Shown here: positions 15,789-30,659 of the stretch, in pieces
Position numbering within the stretch: position 1 is the stretch's first letter
How the letters are laid out: each line of letters starts with the position of its first letter
Source of the DNA: Chrysomallon squamiferum
Taxonomy: Eukaryota > Animalia > Mollusca
Assembly (NCBI GenBank): GCA_012295275.1
Contig: CM022673.1
Span: 8,866,001-8,930,000 of the forward strand
DNA: 64,000 nucleotides
Direction: 5' to 3'
Notes under the pieces: generated by a model
The model's database searches: none
The model's input: only the letters and a program-made list of their open reading frames with translations
Told to the model about the DNA's origin: nothing
Position numbers and translations under genes: made by a program

Positions 15789-16845
15789 GTCATATTTGTC
15801 ATTTCCAGTGATCAACCGCAAAATAATGATAACAGCAATTTCCTCTGTCCTTAATAAATAAGTATACCATAAGTTTGCTACTGCAATTACCAATCCTAAT
15901 AAAACACTAAGCGTATAAACTATTCTTGGCACGACGACGGCTCTCGATGTCGTGGCCTTTAGACCTTTTGTTTTTACTTTTCGTTTGACTTTCGATCAAG
16001 GCTGTCCATTCTCAATACCTAACACAGACGCAGGCTATGTTATTTCACTTAGCGGTTTCTAAGGAAACGGCAATCAGTATGTACGTTACAGACATCGGAA
16101 TGACTCGACGCACCTGCATGAATCAACATCAGTCGATTGTATTTGGGCAGTTAATACATCAGATATGAAATCGTTTGGACAAATTAGGAGAGGAATTAAT
16201 TACCGCGCTGTCATGGGCTTTTTTTTTTTTTTTTTTTTATAAAGATTTGAGCAGTCAGTGACGGCGAGGTATAATGTAGCGTAGTCGATAGCTGGATCGA
16301 ATCCTGTTTGGTTCTGCATTTTCCGTTCTAGCAAGCGTTTGTTAAAATGTTTTTTTTTGTGTGTGTATGTACGCAGCTGTCAGCCATTACGCCTGTCACC
16401 TAATACCTATATCCAGACATACATACATACATACATACATACATACACATACATCCATACATACATACATACATACATACACCACACACACATATATATG
16501 AATACATCCATACATACATGTACACTTACACATAAATGCAATTCTTTTTTCTTTCTTGGCTTTATTTTTTCTCTCTATTGATTTCTTTCTTCTTTTTTTT
16601 ATGTTCTCATAATCTTAATCCTACTTGACAAGCGGCGTGTTTAGTTAGACGTGACGTTTCTCAAAGTAATTATGGGAAAAATCGGCAGAATAAAAGTTTA
16701 TGTTATAAAAGAAATTAAGACAGACAGTGTTGTGTATTTATTGCACCATGACGACAAATTAACCGACTGATGTTGATTTTAGATCTTATCAGTATGACAC
16801 CGCCTTTTTGATTTAACGTTGCACATAATGTTTACCCTGTGATGT

Positions 16846-17210
<365 letters not shown>

Positions 17211-19597
17211 AGTTTACTTAAGGACGCAACTAAAATAGATTACTTTTTTCTTATCAGTTGACTTGACGTTTGTCGTGTTTAGAGACATCGGTACCTGATA
17301 TTTATTAATTTTCTGTGATCGGATGTTAATGTCAGACATTTGATGATTAATGACAAATAAAAATTTAAAACTTATGGCTTATTGTGAAATTGTAAAATTT
17401 GTAAAATAGTATTTTAAAATAGTACAGAATAATAGATTACGTCTTGTGAATTATGAATTTTGTCTTGTTCCAAGACACCATTGGAAATCGTATTCACAGA
17501 TGCTTAACTGTGACGAATGGACAACAGCAAAGTATGCTTTAGAAAAACATTTGTTAATTTCCAACCAAAGCCTCTTAGACATGAAACAGTAACAAGCCAA
17601 GAAAAAGTGAAAAGTGAGAGCATAAAACTAGCAAATAAATGATGTAAAACATTGTTGTTGTTTTTGTTTTTTTTGTTGTTGTTGTTGTTTATGTTGTTGT
17701 TGTTGTTATTGTTGTTGTCGATGTTGTTCTTGTTCTTCTTATTGTTCTTCTTGTTGTTCTTCTTATTCTTGTTCATCTTCTTTTTCTTCTTGCCATAATC
17801 AACTTGGAAGTTTAGGGACTGTTTGGCTCAGAAGGGATGATTTGACCGATATTTTTGACACCACAAGAACCAAATTCGTGTTTCTCTGTCCCATTTTTCT
17901 TCGGTGTTTTACAATAATTTGGTAGGGAAGATTCCCCTCTTTCCTGCCTTCGAGTCGTTCACCCATTATTATTATTATTGTTGTTGTTGTTGTTGTTGTT
18001 GTTGTTATCATCATCATCATCATCTGTTCATCATATGCAACTTTCGGCTTTATTATTATTATTATTATTATTATTTTTACTAATTTTTAATTTATTGTTA
18101 TTATTCTTTTCTTTTCGTTTCGTTTCCTGATTCAAAAGACCATTTAGTTATTATTATTGACATTCGACTGGGTTTTTTTTTTTTTCTTTTCTTTTTTTTT
18201 TCTTCTACTTCTCAAGAATCATGTAAATGTGATTCAGTGGATCACTGACAAGTATTAGAATTCCAACAGACAATTATCCTGAGCATCAAACACTTCTTGC
18301 GATTTTCACCCAACCAGCTGTTGATTAAATTACCGAAGAGAATGTATGGCTTTTATAGCGACAACGTTTCTGGCTGCTACCTCATTGATTAAACCTCATA
18401 ACATCGTTTCTGAACGTTTAACTCCACAGGACGCATTGCCAGATCGAGTAAAATCATTCGCTGGCGGAAAATACTTTTTTGTCTCTCGACATAATTGTCC
18501 CCGACATGCATGCATATATTCGGCTAATATGTCACTGTACAGAAAGTTGTTCATGATACCGGTCGCACTTTTTATCAGATATAGATATACTCTTTTGTGG
18601 GCTTGGAGTACTGCCCAGTTGTGTTAGAATCGGAAGGCGTGACAGAATATGTGTGTGATGAAAATGACTGTTCGAGTTGAAGGCGCAGAACGATAAAGCT
18701 TGTGTACATATAATATTTTACGCGTTCGTTTACAAATGGTTATAAATCAAAAAGTTAGATAACTGCTGTAAAAACTTTTTGTTGCCTAACTTTACGCAGG
18801 TAAATAAGAGTAAATAAAAGAAACATTAAATATAATATTTAAAAAAAAAAAAAAAAAAAATTTAAGAAAAGAAAAAAAAAAAAAAACTAAAATGATGATG
18901 GCACCAGAAACTAAAAAGAGCAGACTAAATATTAATATCGAGGCTTTGATGAAAGCGAGGAAGTTGTGTGAAGATGCGATTATTTCGCAGTCTTATCCCA
19001 GTGACGGTAAGTGTCTTGTGTAAATACTCGTTTTTTCATCTTCTTCGTTTTCCGTTGATTCCTGTCTGTATCCTCCATTTCTGTCTCTCATCTCTCACGT
19101 ATGTAATACTTTCGTCATACAACTTTTCCTTTCTTCCTGTCTTTTATACTTTATTCATTCTTTCTTTCAGTCTTTTTCTCTCCTTTCACTTTCCATTTGT
19201 TCTTCATTCTTTTGTCTCTCGTTTTCATTCACTTTCTATTTTTCATTATTTCTCTGTTTTCTTGTTATGTCTTTCCTTTACTTCTTATACTTTCATTTTC
19301 TCTTTTTAATCTCCTCTGTTCCACTCAGTCCTGTTTTATCATCATGTTTTTATTATTTATTCTATTTCATCTACATTTTCTTGAACCCACTCATCCCTCG
19401 TTCATCCTCTACATTTCCTTATTGCTTCCTCCGCTAACTATGTTGTTGTCATTCTAATTATGTGTTTTATATACGAATGTGTATGTGTTTGTGGGTTTGG
19501 CGTTAAAAAAAAAAAAAATTCTGTACAGTTTATTCTGTGGGCTGTCGACGTACGAACAAACAAATAAACAAAAACGAAAGACTACAAATAAGCACAG

Positions 19598-19651
<54 letters not shown>

Positions 19652-20147
19652 ACACATATATACATACACAGATACATACATACATTAATGTCTAGATACC
19701 AACATACCTCTCTACCTACCTACATAACTACATACCTACTACATACATACCAACCTTTATGCATTCATACGTATATACTACCTACATACCCACATACTTA
19801 CAAACATATAAACATATAAACATATATACATACATACATACTTACATAAATTATTTTTAAAATCTCATATTTTTAAATGTGATTGCCAACTAATTTAGAC
19901 GGTCGTTCAGTATTTTACATTGTCTGTTATAGATTTTTTTTCTTTTGAATTATTTATTTATCAACAGTTTGATTAAATAATTAACACACCTGGTTTGAAA
20001 CAAGAACGACAAAGACCTAATCCGTAACAAATATATTGGTTAATTAATAGCATTGTCCTTACTAAACAATGGAACATTAACAAATTAGTAAAACACAGTT
20101 CCGATCTGTTTTGTAAACTAATATTATTAATAACGATAATGGAGCCG

Positions 20148-20197
<50 letters not shown>

Positions 20198-20305
20198 AAT
20201 AATAATAATAATAATAAAGAATTTGCATTGTAATTCTTAATTTTTAGCTTTTTAATGTTAAAATTTTACTTATTTATTTATTTAAAAAAAAAAAAGAAAT
20301 TAAAT

Positions 20306-20336
<31 letters not shown>

Positions 20337-20852
20337 GAAATGTATTACTGTATCCATAATGAAAGAAGATTTCGTATCATCAGCAACTGAGAGGCAGTGT
20401 CAAAACAATAATTATAAGTTTTAGTGTCGTGATTTATGGAAAATATTATATATTATCATTGACGAAAAGAATAACTGAATGAAATGATGATGATGATGAT
20501 GATGATGATTATGATAATGAAATTTCAAAATTTGTAAATGTTTAAAAATAAAATAAAATAAAAGTCCTGCTGGGTTGATATAGATTCATAAATAATTTCT
20601 CAGTCAGAAATATCCATTTAACCTATTTCAATATCCACGATCGGGATTTTGAAAAAACAAAAATTCAGATTTAGTTAAAACTCAAATTGGTTTTGATGGG
20701 AGAGAGAGATTCAAAAATATGCATTAAAACAAAACAGCTATCTCTTTCTCTCTCTCTGAGAGACTCTATCGCTCTCTTTTTATTTCTTCTTATCTCCAAT
20801 TCTCAATTTATTTCTCTCTATTTAACTCTATTTGTCTCTCTCACTCTCTCTC

Positions 20853-20884
<32 letters not shown>

Positions 20885-21053
20885 AGTGTGAGTGTGTGTG
20901 TATGTATATATATATATTTATCGAGTAATGTATTGAACAAATCTTAATAATAGTTCAGTGACCGAAAATAGAAACGTTTATTTAGTTATCAGATCTTGCC
21001 AATATTTTAGTGTATGTGTATGAATATGTATGAAACGTGTATGGAAAAGAGCC

Positions 21054-21218
<165 letters not shown>

Positions 21219-21945
21219 TTTTCTGTTAAACAGTTTTCACGTCTATTCTAATAAGTTAATGAATGTATTTGTTGATGAAAGAAACCAGATATTAGTTGTC
21301 TGTTGGAATAACGAACGTATTACTGTTTAGTTTTTTTGTTTAGTTTTTATGTAACACTTTCGATATAATCATCAGAATCATATTATTTTGAGTAGTATTT
21401 CTTATATATAAATATACATCTTCAAACAACGGTTACTTTTGTTTTACTCTGTCTCTCATTTCCTCCTGGGTTTTTTGGTGGGGATATTGTCCCACTTTTC
21501 TCTTCTTAGTCGTCGTCATTACCATCATAATCATCATCATTATGTTCTTTTCCTGCGATTTTGTTGCTCAACATCGTTATCATCATCATCATTATCATGA
21601 AAACATCATAAACACCGTCATCATTATGGACCTTTTTCTCCTGGACCTTCTTTATAAAGTATTTTTCTATAACATTATTACATCATCACCTCATCGACAT
21701 AATCATAGTCATCGTCGTCATCATCATCATCGCCATCAACTTTGACGTCTTCTTTGTCATGATTATTCTTCAGTTTTTTAACAAGATATGTACGGTCTAC
21801 TTAATCTTCATGTTCTTACATGCATCCATTCACCGAATAGAAAAACAAATAAATTTAAAAAAAATAAAAGAAATTGTCATTAAAATGTCATCAAATTTGT
21901 CTGAATGGTTTCAGTTTAAATTCCAGCCGTCTAAGATTTCTATTA

Positions 21946-22054
21946 AACCTCCACGCATGTGCATTTTAATTTTGTTATTATATATCTCTAATACATTCTT
22001 CTCTGTACTGTAATCCTACAGTTTATGAGAGAATAAAGTCATTGTCATTGTCAT
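21946..22054 (+). mobile_element. Probable 3' end of a 5'-truncated LINE/SINE
   Basis: AATAAA (22032-22037) followed immediately by a short tandem tail (GTCATT)x~3, the 3' architecture typical of CR1/L2/RTE-clade elements. Confidence 0.5.
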
Positions 22055-23834
22055 ATAAATCACTTAAAATGTGCCATCGTTTGATCCATTTTACTTTAAT
22101 TTAAGCAGCAGCGTATAGGTGAAAAAATTCTGCCTTTAGCTATTTTACCCAATTACTTCATCGTTTAAGACTGCTTTTATTACCCTCTGTAATGAAATTG
22201 GCGAGATCAGTATTAATTTGAGGAATATTAAGATTTACGAGACAGGGAGAGAAAAAACAAACGGCGGATCTAGTGTATTCTTCGACCCATACTTGGCATT
22301 GTCTTCGTACTTTAGAATATCATACACATGGGGGTTATTATTTATATTTAGATAATTTATATACGTTTAAATTTTGATTTTGTACTCCTTATAAAAGAAC
22401 ATACTCATTAATGTACACATCAAGACATGTAGGCTACACATATCAAAACACAAACACAGATATACACACAAATATATATACACATATATACACATGAAAA
22501 CAGGAAAACAATATGTTTACACACATAGAAACACACTCATAAACACATACATAATCATATATATTCCATTAAAAATATGCAAACACGTATGCACAAAAAA
22601 ATACAATATACACACGCCTTCTTATCAAAATACACATGTACGGTACCAAGGAAAATTTTAATCCTGTCAATTTTTATTTCTTCTGACTGTATTATTAAAA
22701 AAAAAAAAAAAAAAAAAGGATCTGGAAAATGATTAATATTCGTACATATCTTAGGACAAGATCGTACATATTTATCAGATTCATGACTGGAGAAAAATCA
22801 CACATACAACAAAATTTAAAAAAAATTAAAATAATAAAGACGACAAACAGAAAGTAACTAATTGATTGAAAACAAGTATTATTGTATTCGATCTAATCCA
22901 TTAAATCTACTACTGACTCATTACCATTACCAGCCTTCGTACAGTTTTACGTGAAACACACAGAACCTGATTAACATCTACACAACATCTGTCGTCCATA
23001 TATTCAGCCGAGCTGAGCTGTTTTATTCAATCTGCCATACAAACACGTGTTTATGGAACTATTCGTGTCCATGCGGAGTTTTCGGCGACAAAAAAGATTG
23101 GGGACAGCATTGATTTCTCATACATCGACAGGGAATTTGGTGACATTAGATTTAACTCGACATCCATTTCATTTATGAAAGTTTTGTCGACAGCATGTCG
23201 TTGTATTAGATTTCCCTTGATGTCGCTATTTTTTTTTCTTCTTTTATTTTTTTTATTTTTATATCATTTTTCAAAAATAATTTCGTTATGCAGGTTTCGG
23301 GACCGTTCAGTACCTTTTAGAGTAAAAAATTTAACAGATTTGTATATTGAAATTTATTCCTACCCCCGAAAAACCCCCAAATATATATATATATATTCTG
23401 TATTTGAGAAACCATGGGGAACTTAAACTATATAGAATTCAGTAAAGAAAAACAAATGCTTTGTTATGAGAGTCAGACATTTACCACAGACTGTCATCAT
23501 GGAAGATACTATACTGGAAGTATCCTGTGTGTACCTGGTCATGTTAGAATACATGATGACTTCATAGCCCATGCAGGTACAACATTCACATTCTTTGTAG
23601 TGGTGCAGAAATATCGGCCTTTATGTCTAAACACTATGAAAACACGGCTATAGATATTACTTTTGTATATAAAAGATTATGCCTGCAGTTGTTATGCCAA
23701 TATATTTTGTATTAGTTATGCATATTGCATAGTTCAAGTACGTTCTTGCTCCTCAAAAAACAGCTGTTGTTTATTTGCATGTTGACATCCACGTTGTCAG
23801 TGGAGTCAGCTGTCAGTCATCATGCCTATCCAGA

Positions 23835-24133
23835 CATACATACATACATACATACATACATACATACATACATACATACATACCCAAACACACACACATA
23901 CATACATACATACATACACAAATACATACATACATACCTACATACATACACAAATACATACATACATGCATGCATGCATCCATACATACATACACACATC
24001 CATCCACCCATCCATCCATCCATCCATCCATCCGTCGTCCACCCATCCATCCATCCATCCATCCATCCATCCATCCATCCATCCATCCATCCATCCACCC
24101 ATCCATCCATCCATCCATACATCCATACATACA
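23835..24133. repeat. Compound (ATAC)n/(ATCC)n microsatellite
   Basis: Direct reading. Confidence 0.95.
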
Positions 24134-24335
24134 TAGACATAAATATACATAAGTACAAAACATACATAATTTTACACTTACAGACAGATACTTACCTCAA
24201 ATAAATAGCCTCCACATATGTTATTACTAATCATCAAATACATAATGTATACTAGAATAGAAACCTATAAGTTATGCTTCATTCAGTACTTCGGGATATT
24301 TGGGTAATTTTCTTCTAAGAATTTTGTTCGGTCTA

Positions 24336-24392
24336 ACGTCATCGAACACAAGCTAGGACCGGAAGCAGCTGTGACTACCCACAATGCCCTAG
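24336..24392 (+). promoter_or_regulatory. ZNF143/Staf-like + ETS + E-box motif cluster
   Basis: TACCCACAATGCCCT (24376-24390), ACCGGAAGC (24358-24366), CAGCTG and an ACGTCA half-CRE within about 55 bp. Confidence 0.4.
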
Positions 24393-26753
24393 GGACATAC
24401 GTCCAGCACACTGCAAAATGACACACTGCATAGATAGTACATTATGATAACAGTATACTACAGAGGTAGTATTTATAAATTTTAATCGTTATTAATAATA
24501 CTTAAGCAACAGTTTATTTGAATTACAAGCATTGAATTACAAGCATTGCTAATTACAAATATGACAGGCAAAAACAGAGATTAGTATTAATGTATTCGCG
24601 TTCCGTTCTAAAAAAATTACAATGATAATTTCAATAATGCATTATACATTCGGAAATTGAGGTTTTCAACGTTAATTGAGTTAGTTAATGTATTAATTAT
24701 TTTGAGCACAGTTTTAGCAGTTATTTCGAGTTTGACACGACAATAGGGCCATGCTGCAGACTGTAGATGAGTGAAAGAATGCTGGCGTGGGACATGAATA
24801 GACGCAAGTTTAATACTCTTTACTGTTGTATTGAGCTATCTCCCATTCCAAACATAGCTCCTCGTTGTATATATTTTCCTTTATTTGGGGAAAAACACTC
24901 TCTGCTGCTAAACGGTAAAAGTAAATGGAGTGGTTATAACGGGTTTCTTTTCTTATATCTGTCTATATTGTTGTAAAACTCTGTGTTCGATTCAGTAACC
25001 TTCAGTGTGTGATGGAGTTGTTTAACATTAATTCGTTTGTTCATTTATTCATTCATTTTTTTCTTCTTCTTTTTTTTTCTTCTTCTTCTTCTTCTTCTTC
25101 TTCTTCTTCTAGAAAATGTCATTCTACTTTACGTGTTCACAACACAAAAATACCTTTTCTAATTTGTAAATAATAATTCCAGTCGGTATTGATAATTTAA
25201 TATTTGTACAGCGGTCTAGATGTATATTTATTTATCTGTCTCATTCCGAAAGAAAATTCAGATAAGGTTATCAGGGCAATTCGAGGCTTGTATATAGTCA
25301 TTATAATTGATGAAAATAAAGAAGAAGAAGTGATAGAGAGAAGGATATATAGACAGATAGAGAAATAAAGAATGAGAGACGGAGTGAGAAATAGAAATAG
25401 ACAGAAAGAAAGACAGACAGACGAACAGAAAGATTTGTTTTAATGATAAAGAGAAATTCTGAGAGAGTAAAAGAGAGATAAAGAGATAAATAAATTAGAT
25501 AGTGTAAGAGATAAATATATAGATAGATAGACAGATATAAATGGTAAGAGACTGAAAGAAAGACTGAGAGAGAGAGTAATAAATAGAAAAGGAAAAGGAC
25601 ATACGATAAATACACAAATTTTTAAATTTTACTTTAAATGTAAAATTATATCTGAAAAAGAAATTAGATTAGTACTTATTTATTTATTTCCTACAGAAAA
25701 CTGATTAATTTTTAACAAACTTATTTCAAAGTCACTTTCATTTCACAGAGCATTATAAGAAGAAAAGAACAAGGAAAAAAAAAAATGTAATTCAACACAG
25801 AATATATACTACACATCAATGTTAGAGAATCTTTTAGCTAATATATTATAATTAAGACTAAAATCTCCGACCCTCTGCACCAGACAGTTTATATTTTATT
25901 CATTACCGTAAATGATCCAAATTATATTTCATTTTGCGACATTCTAGTGGCCGCTATTTTTGTCTAAAGATAAAAAAAAGAGTTTGTACTGGGAAGAAAA
26001 CAAGATACTGACGATGTGTTGGTAATTTATTCTTCTCATTGTGTGTCTGTAATAAGATTGAACAAGTCTGCCGTTGATACAACATTCAACAAAAGGCCAA
26101 ATTAGCTATAATAACAAACACAATTATCTCCAAGCTTGTTGGCAATTACAGTTACCCTTTAATATTGTTACACTTCCGATTATTAGGTTTGCAGTAATTG
26201 GTGCAGTCTGCGGGAATTCACTGAACTGAATTTTTAACTGTTTTGTTATGGAATTGGAACATTTTCGATAATGAGTGAAGAGTATTGTAATTGATGGTGC
26301 TAAACCAGGAATAACTGCAGCCTCGAAACAGAAATCAAGGCGACGAACAGTGGCTCCTTCTTCCAAACTTGTTGCAATTACGCCAAAGATGAGGAATCCG
26401 TACGAAAGCCAGGCTTCTGATCATTAGGTTAAGAGTGCCAATTCCTCCATCGATAGTTCAAGATCGGCAGACTAAGCGATGAAGATAGGTCAACAGAATG
26501 ACGAAGGCGAAGATGGCTCACTACGTCATACTGTCTTTCAAAGTGTTGTCGTTGATGGATCGCAAAACCGAAACAGGGCAGAAAAATAAACGGATAAAAT
26601 AGATTGAAAAATCGATAGGTCATTGATGTCTGTTTGACAAAGTACAAAATACAGCTAAGTTAGCGTTTGTCAAAACACTTCCAATACTTTGTTGAAGAAT
26701 CTTGGGATTATTTTCTGTTTTGCTTTTTACTGTACCTTATGCCAATTGAGTAG

Positions 26754-26788
<35 letters not shown>

Positions 26789-26916
26789 TATGTCATAATT
26801 CTAAGTGAAACGTAGGACTAGTAGTTAAATTAAAGTTCATAGCAAAATATATTTTGATATCATTAAATCTTGATTAATTACTTAATTAATCATATACTGG
26901 TTTTTAACTATTTATT

Positions 26917-27068
26917 GAAAATTCTCATCACACAGTATTAAAACGAATATATAAAATATATATATATATTGCTTTCCTACTCAATTGGCATAAGGTACAG
27001 AATAGAAAATTCTGAATAGAAAAAAAAGCAGAATAGAAAATTCTCACCACACAGTATTAAAACGAATT
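26917..27068. repeat. Short direct repeat (~32 bp x2)
   Basis: GAAAATTCTCAYCACACAGTATTAAAACGAAT at about 26917 and 27036; GAATAGAAAA also reiterated at 27000-27040. Confidence 0.8.
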
Positions 27069-27241
27069 TGCGGGCAGGAATACTTCCATTTGCTGAGAGA
27101 TATTCATCTGCGGATACTACCTCGCAAAGAGGTAAATGAAACATTAAACTTGAGATCGAGTGGAAATTAGTTCTGACATTTGTAGGTGGCATATAGCACT
27201 CAGTCAAAGTTTTTGTTTCCCCAAACACAACATAAATTACA

Positions 27242-27453
<212 letters not shown>

Positions 27454-27605
27454 GCTCTTCTGGGTTTTTTCTTTGTTTCTGTTATTCTCTAATTCATTCA
27501 CTGTTTCTTTATCTCTTTTAGATTTTTAAAAACCTGACAAAGTCAGATTTGTATAATATTTATATAATTATCTGAGACTGCAAATTTAAAAGAAAAAAAA
27601 TGGTA

Positions 27606-27905
27606 TCTGTGAATATATAGTTAAATATAGTCCAAAACTATTGTATAATTATGAATATTTGGTTGTCTAAAAAATTATTGTTAACTGTGAATATAAAGTT
27701 ATCAAAACATTAATGTAAATTTTGAATATAAAGTTATCCAATTATTGTTAACTGAAAATATAAAATTGTCGAAAAATGGTCGTTAATTGTGTATATATTG
27801 ATGTCTGAAATTTACTGTTAACTGTAATTATATAGTTGTCTGAAAAAAACAACAACAATAGCTATAAATATATAGCTGTCTAAAAAATAGTGTTAACTGT
27901 GAATG
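27606..27905. repeat. Degenerate minisatellite, ~35-36-bp unit x~8
   Basis: Recurring ATTGTTAACTGTGAATATAWAGTTGTCTAAAAAA-like unit. Confidence 0.75.
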
Positions 27906-28248
27906 TATTTACGCTTTATTTACAGCCAAACATTTCGGATTTGTCAGAAATGACTCTAACATATTGTTAATTCAGGATCATTTTTGACGGTGATGAAGAC
28001 AATATGTTGTCTCTTTTCTCATTATTGTAGCATTCAGAAATACATACTGTCATAAACAACACACTTTTATCATAAAATTCAGTATGTTTGTCGAAGCAAT
28101 AAATGATAGATTGACAAAGCTGGTTCATTTGTAGTCTTAAAGATAAAATATAGCTAAAATAGGAAGCAACATAAAGTTGCAAATTTAATTCAATTAATAT
28201 AGTGTTTGTTTATCACAGTCGTTTCACCTTTGAATGACGCCATAACGA

Positions 28249-28401
28249 GCAAAGAATTATTTATCGAAGGTTCAGAAAAGTAACAGCAGCAATAAAATCA
28301 GAGAAGGTGTCTGATGCAAATGGCGGCAAACGCTCACTGTCAGAGGCAGCTGGGAAAGTTTAAAAGCGCCACCTGGATTATCTGTCCTTACGGTTGTGAA
28401 T
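28249..28401 (+). repeat. Diverged direct duplication, copy A (partner 29164-29318)
   Basis: Collinear shared blocks GCAAAG.ATTATTTA, AGAGAAGG, TGATGCA, GCAAACGCT, CAGCTGGGA, AAGTTTAAAAGC, ATTATCT.TCCT. Confidence 0.8.
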
Positions 28402-29163
28402 AGCCAACTTTATTTTTATGCTGGTTATCGTTAAACAATCAAATCGTAGCTGTTTTGTATAGAGCAAAAAAAATTGTTTTTCTCGTTCTTGTATAATTTA
28501 TTATAGTTCATTTCTAGTGTAAGAATATTTTGTAATGCAACTGGGCATAATATAAGTTAACACACTGTAGTAGGCTGGTGGGTTTGATAGTGAAACTAAG
28601 CGGGGTATCAAGTATTCGTAAATAGTTGATGGCTAAAATAAGCGTATACTTACGGATACTACTTACATATGTAAGTGGTGCAATTATTGTGAAGGTAGGT
28701 GGTTGTATGAAGTAAAGCATAGTAAAATGACTAAATATGGTGAGCACAGGTAGGAATTCCAGTGTGTATAATTAGCACAATTTGGTATGATAGGAAATAA
28801 TGTAATAGGTGTTTGTAATAAGGATGTGGTATTAACAGTAGATTGACGAAGGTCACTCTGTAGCATTTGTTATTATCAAAATGCAACGTGGTGAAATACT
28901 TCTATACACTGCCAGAGAAATACTCTAGAAATAATAATTAAAAAAACTCAATGTAAATAAAATTTAAAACTGGAAAGTACTAAAAGAAATCGTTTCATTT
29001 TAATATTTTTTTCATATTTATATTGATCACTGAATACTTGTCGTTTACCTTTGTTAAATTTCTAACTGAAATCCGATTTAATTCCATGCTCTCTGAAAGA
29101 ATCCATATATCCATGGTTACAGTCAATAGAACTTTATAATATGTATTAATTGGTTTTTAACTG

Positions 29164-29318
29164 GCAAAGCATTATTTACTGAACAGTCAGAGAAGTAATA
29201 GTGACAATCAAATTAGAGAAGGGTATTTGATGCACGAGGTTGCAAACGCTGTCTGTAGATGACAGCTGGGAGAAGTTTAAAAGCTCCGTCGTCATTATCT
29301 TTCCTAACCGTTATGAAT
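29164..29318 (+). repeat. Diverged direct duplication, copy B (partner 28249-28401)
   Basis: Same collinear blocks as copy A, with many substitutions and small indels. Confidence 0.8.
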
Positions 29319-29899
29319 TAACGAAACTCCTATCATAGATAATCGCTATTTTATGATACCTGATACATGAATGTGTTCTTCATTGTGATACGCACATGTA
29401 TCACACAGTTTAATTTTGTTTTTAATTACCATAGCATACAGAGATTTCTATTCAGTATCGTTATCATTACAACTCAACAAAGAGTTGTATTTTGTTGTCC
29501 AATAATCTATTCAGCTTCCAGCTCTTTGTGTCTCTCCTTCCGTCAGTTTCTCTCTCTTGCTTTGTCTTTCCTTCTTTCTCTCGTTTCCATAATCACATTC
29601 TGTCTCTCGTTACCATTCTCTCTTTTTCTGTTTCTCATTTCCATTCTCTATCCTTCTGTTTTCCTTTCCTCTCATCTTTTATATTTCTCTCCATCTGTCA
29701 TTCCTCTCCTCAGATCATTTCTGTTTCAGTCTCTCAATCACTTTAACTCTGTCAATTTGTCTCCACTTCTTCTGTTTCCATCTCTCACAAACACTTTCTT
29801 TATCTCTCTGTCTCTCTTTTCCTCTCTTTCTCTGTTTTTTTTTTTTTTATCTATCTGTTTATCTTTATCGCTCTTTTTTTCTCAAACAACCAGCTCAAA

Positions 29900-30049
<150 letters not shown>

Positions 30050-30542
30050 CTTGCCTTCCACCTTCTCTCTGCAGCGTGGATATAGAACAAAGTAATTACA
30101 ACATTCAGTTTTACACTCCTGTGGGGAATTGTTTTGATGGCATCCTTCTGTACCAGTGAATAAAACGAGAGCTCAGAATTCTGGATCGAATCGTTTTTAC
30201 AGTTTTCATTAACCCTTAACTATTGTTCCGCTCCGGCATGGCAACTCATTCCTCTCAGTAGCCGCGGTATACTGATGTTTTCTTTTCAGATTAACCCTTA
30301 GTTGTGTACGATATTAGTTAAGCATGATGTTTAATTGTCACTGTCGGACTGTTAATTTTAATAATCATTATTTTATTATATATACTTTTTTCCCCATCTG
30401 TCTCCTTTCTGTTATGCAACACTGATTGTTATAAATGAACATGTTTATAATTTTTTTTTTTTATACTGCATAATTCATAATGTATTTTGTTTTAATTTGT
30501 TTTGTATTGATCTTTCTCTTTGACGTTTGCATTCTCTTATTC

Positions 30543-30659
<117 letters not shown>

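Noticed and set aside
16250-16310. tRNA gene around GGATCGAATCC
   Set aside because: B-box-like word only; no cloverleaf can be built.
22263-22273. GGCGGATCTAG as a transposon terminal repeat
   Set aside because: Only 11 bp, with no matching opposite end or TSD nearby.
23528-23585. Pre-miRNA-like hairpin (GTACCTG...CAGGTAC)
   Set aside because: Stems are only 6-7 bp and branched, too short for a miRNA precursor.
26124-26647. Two minus-strand ORFs in a GC-richer island
   Set aside because: Short, non-ATG starts, no motifs, no convincing splice pair.
28514-28870. G/T-skewed stretch as a mitochondrial insertion (NUMT) or coding exon
   Set aside because: No recognisable mitochondrial protein or RNA motif in the listed translations; more likely decayed simple repeat or TE. 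BLASTN would settle it.
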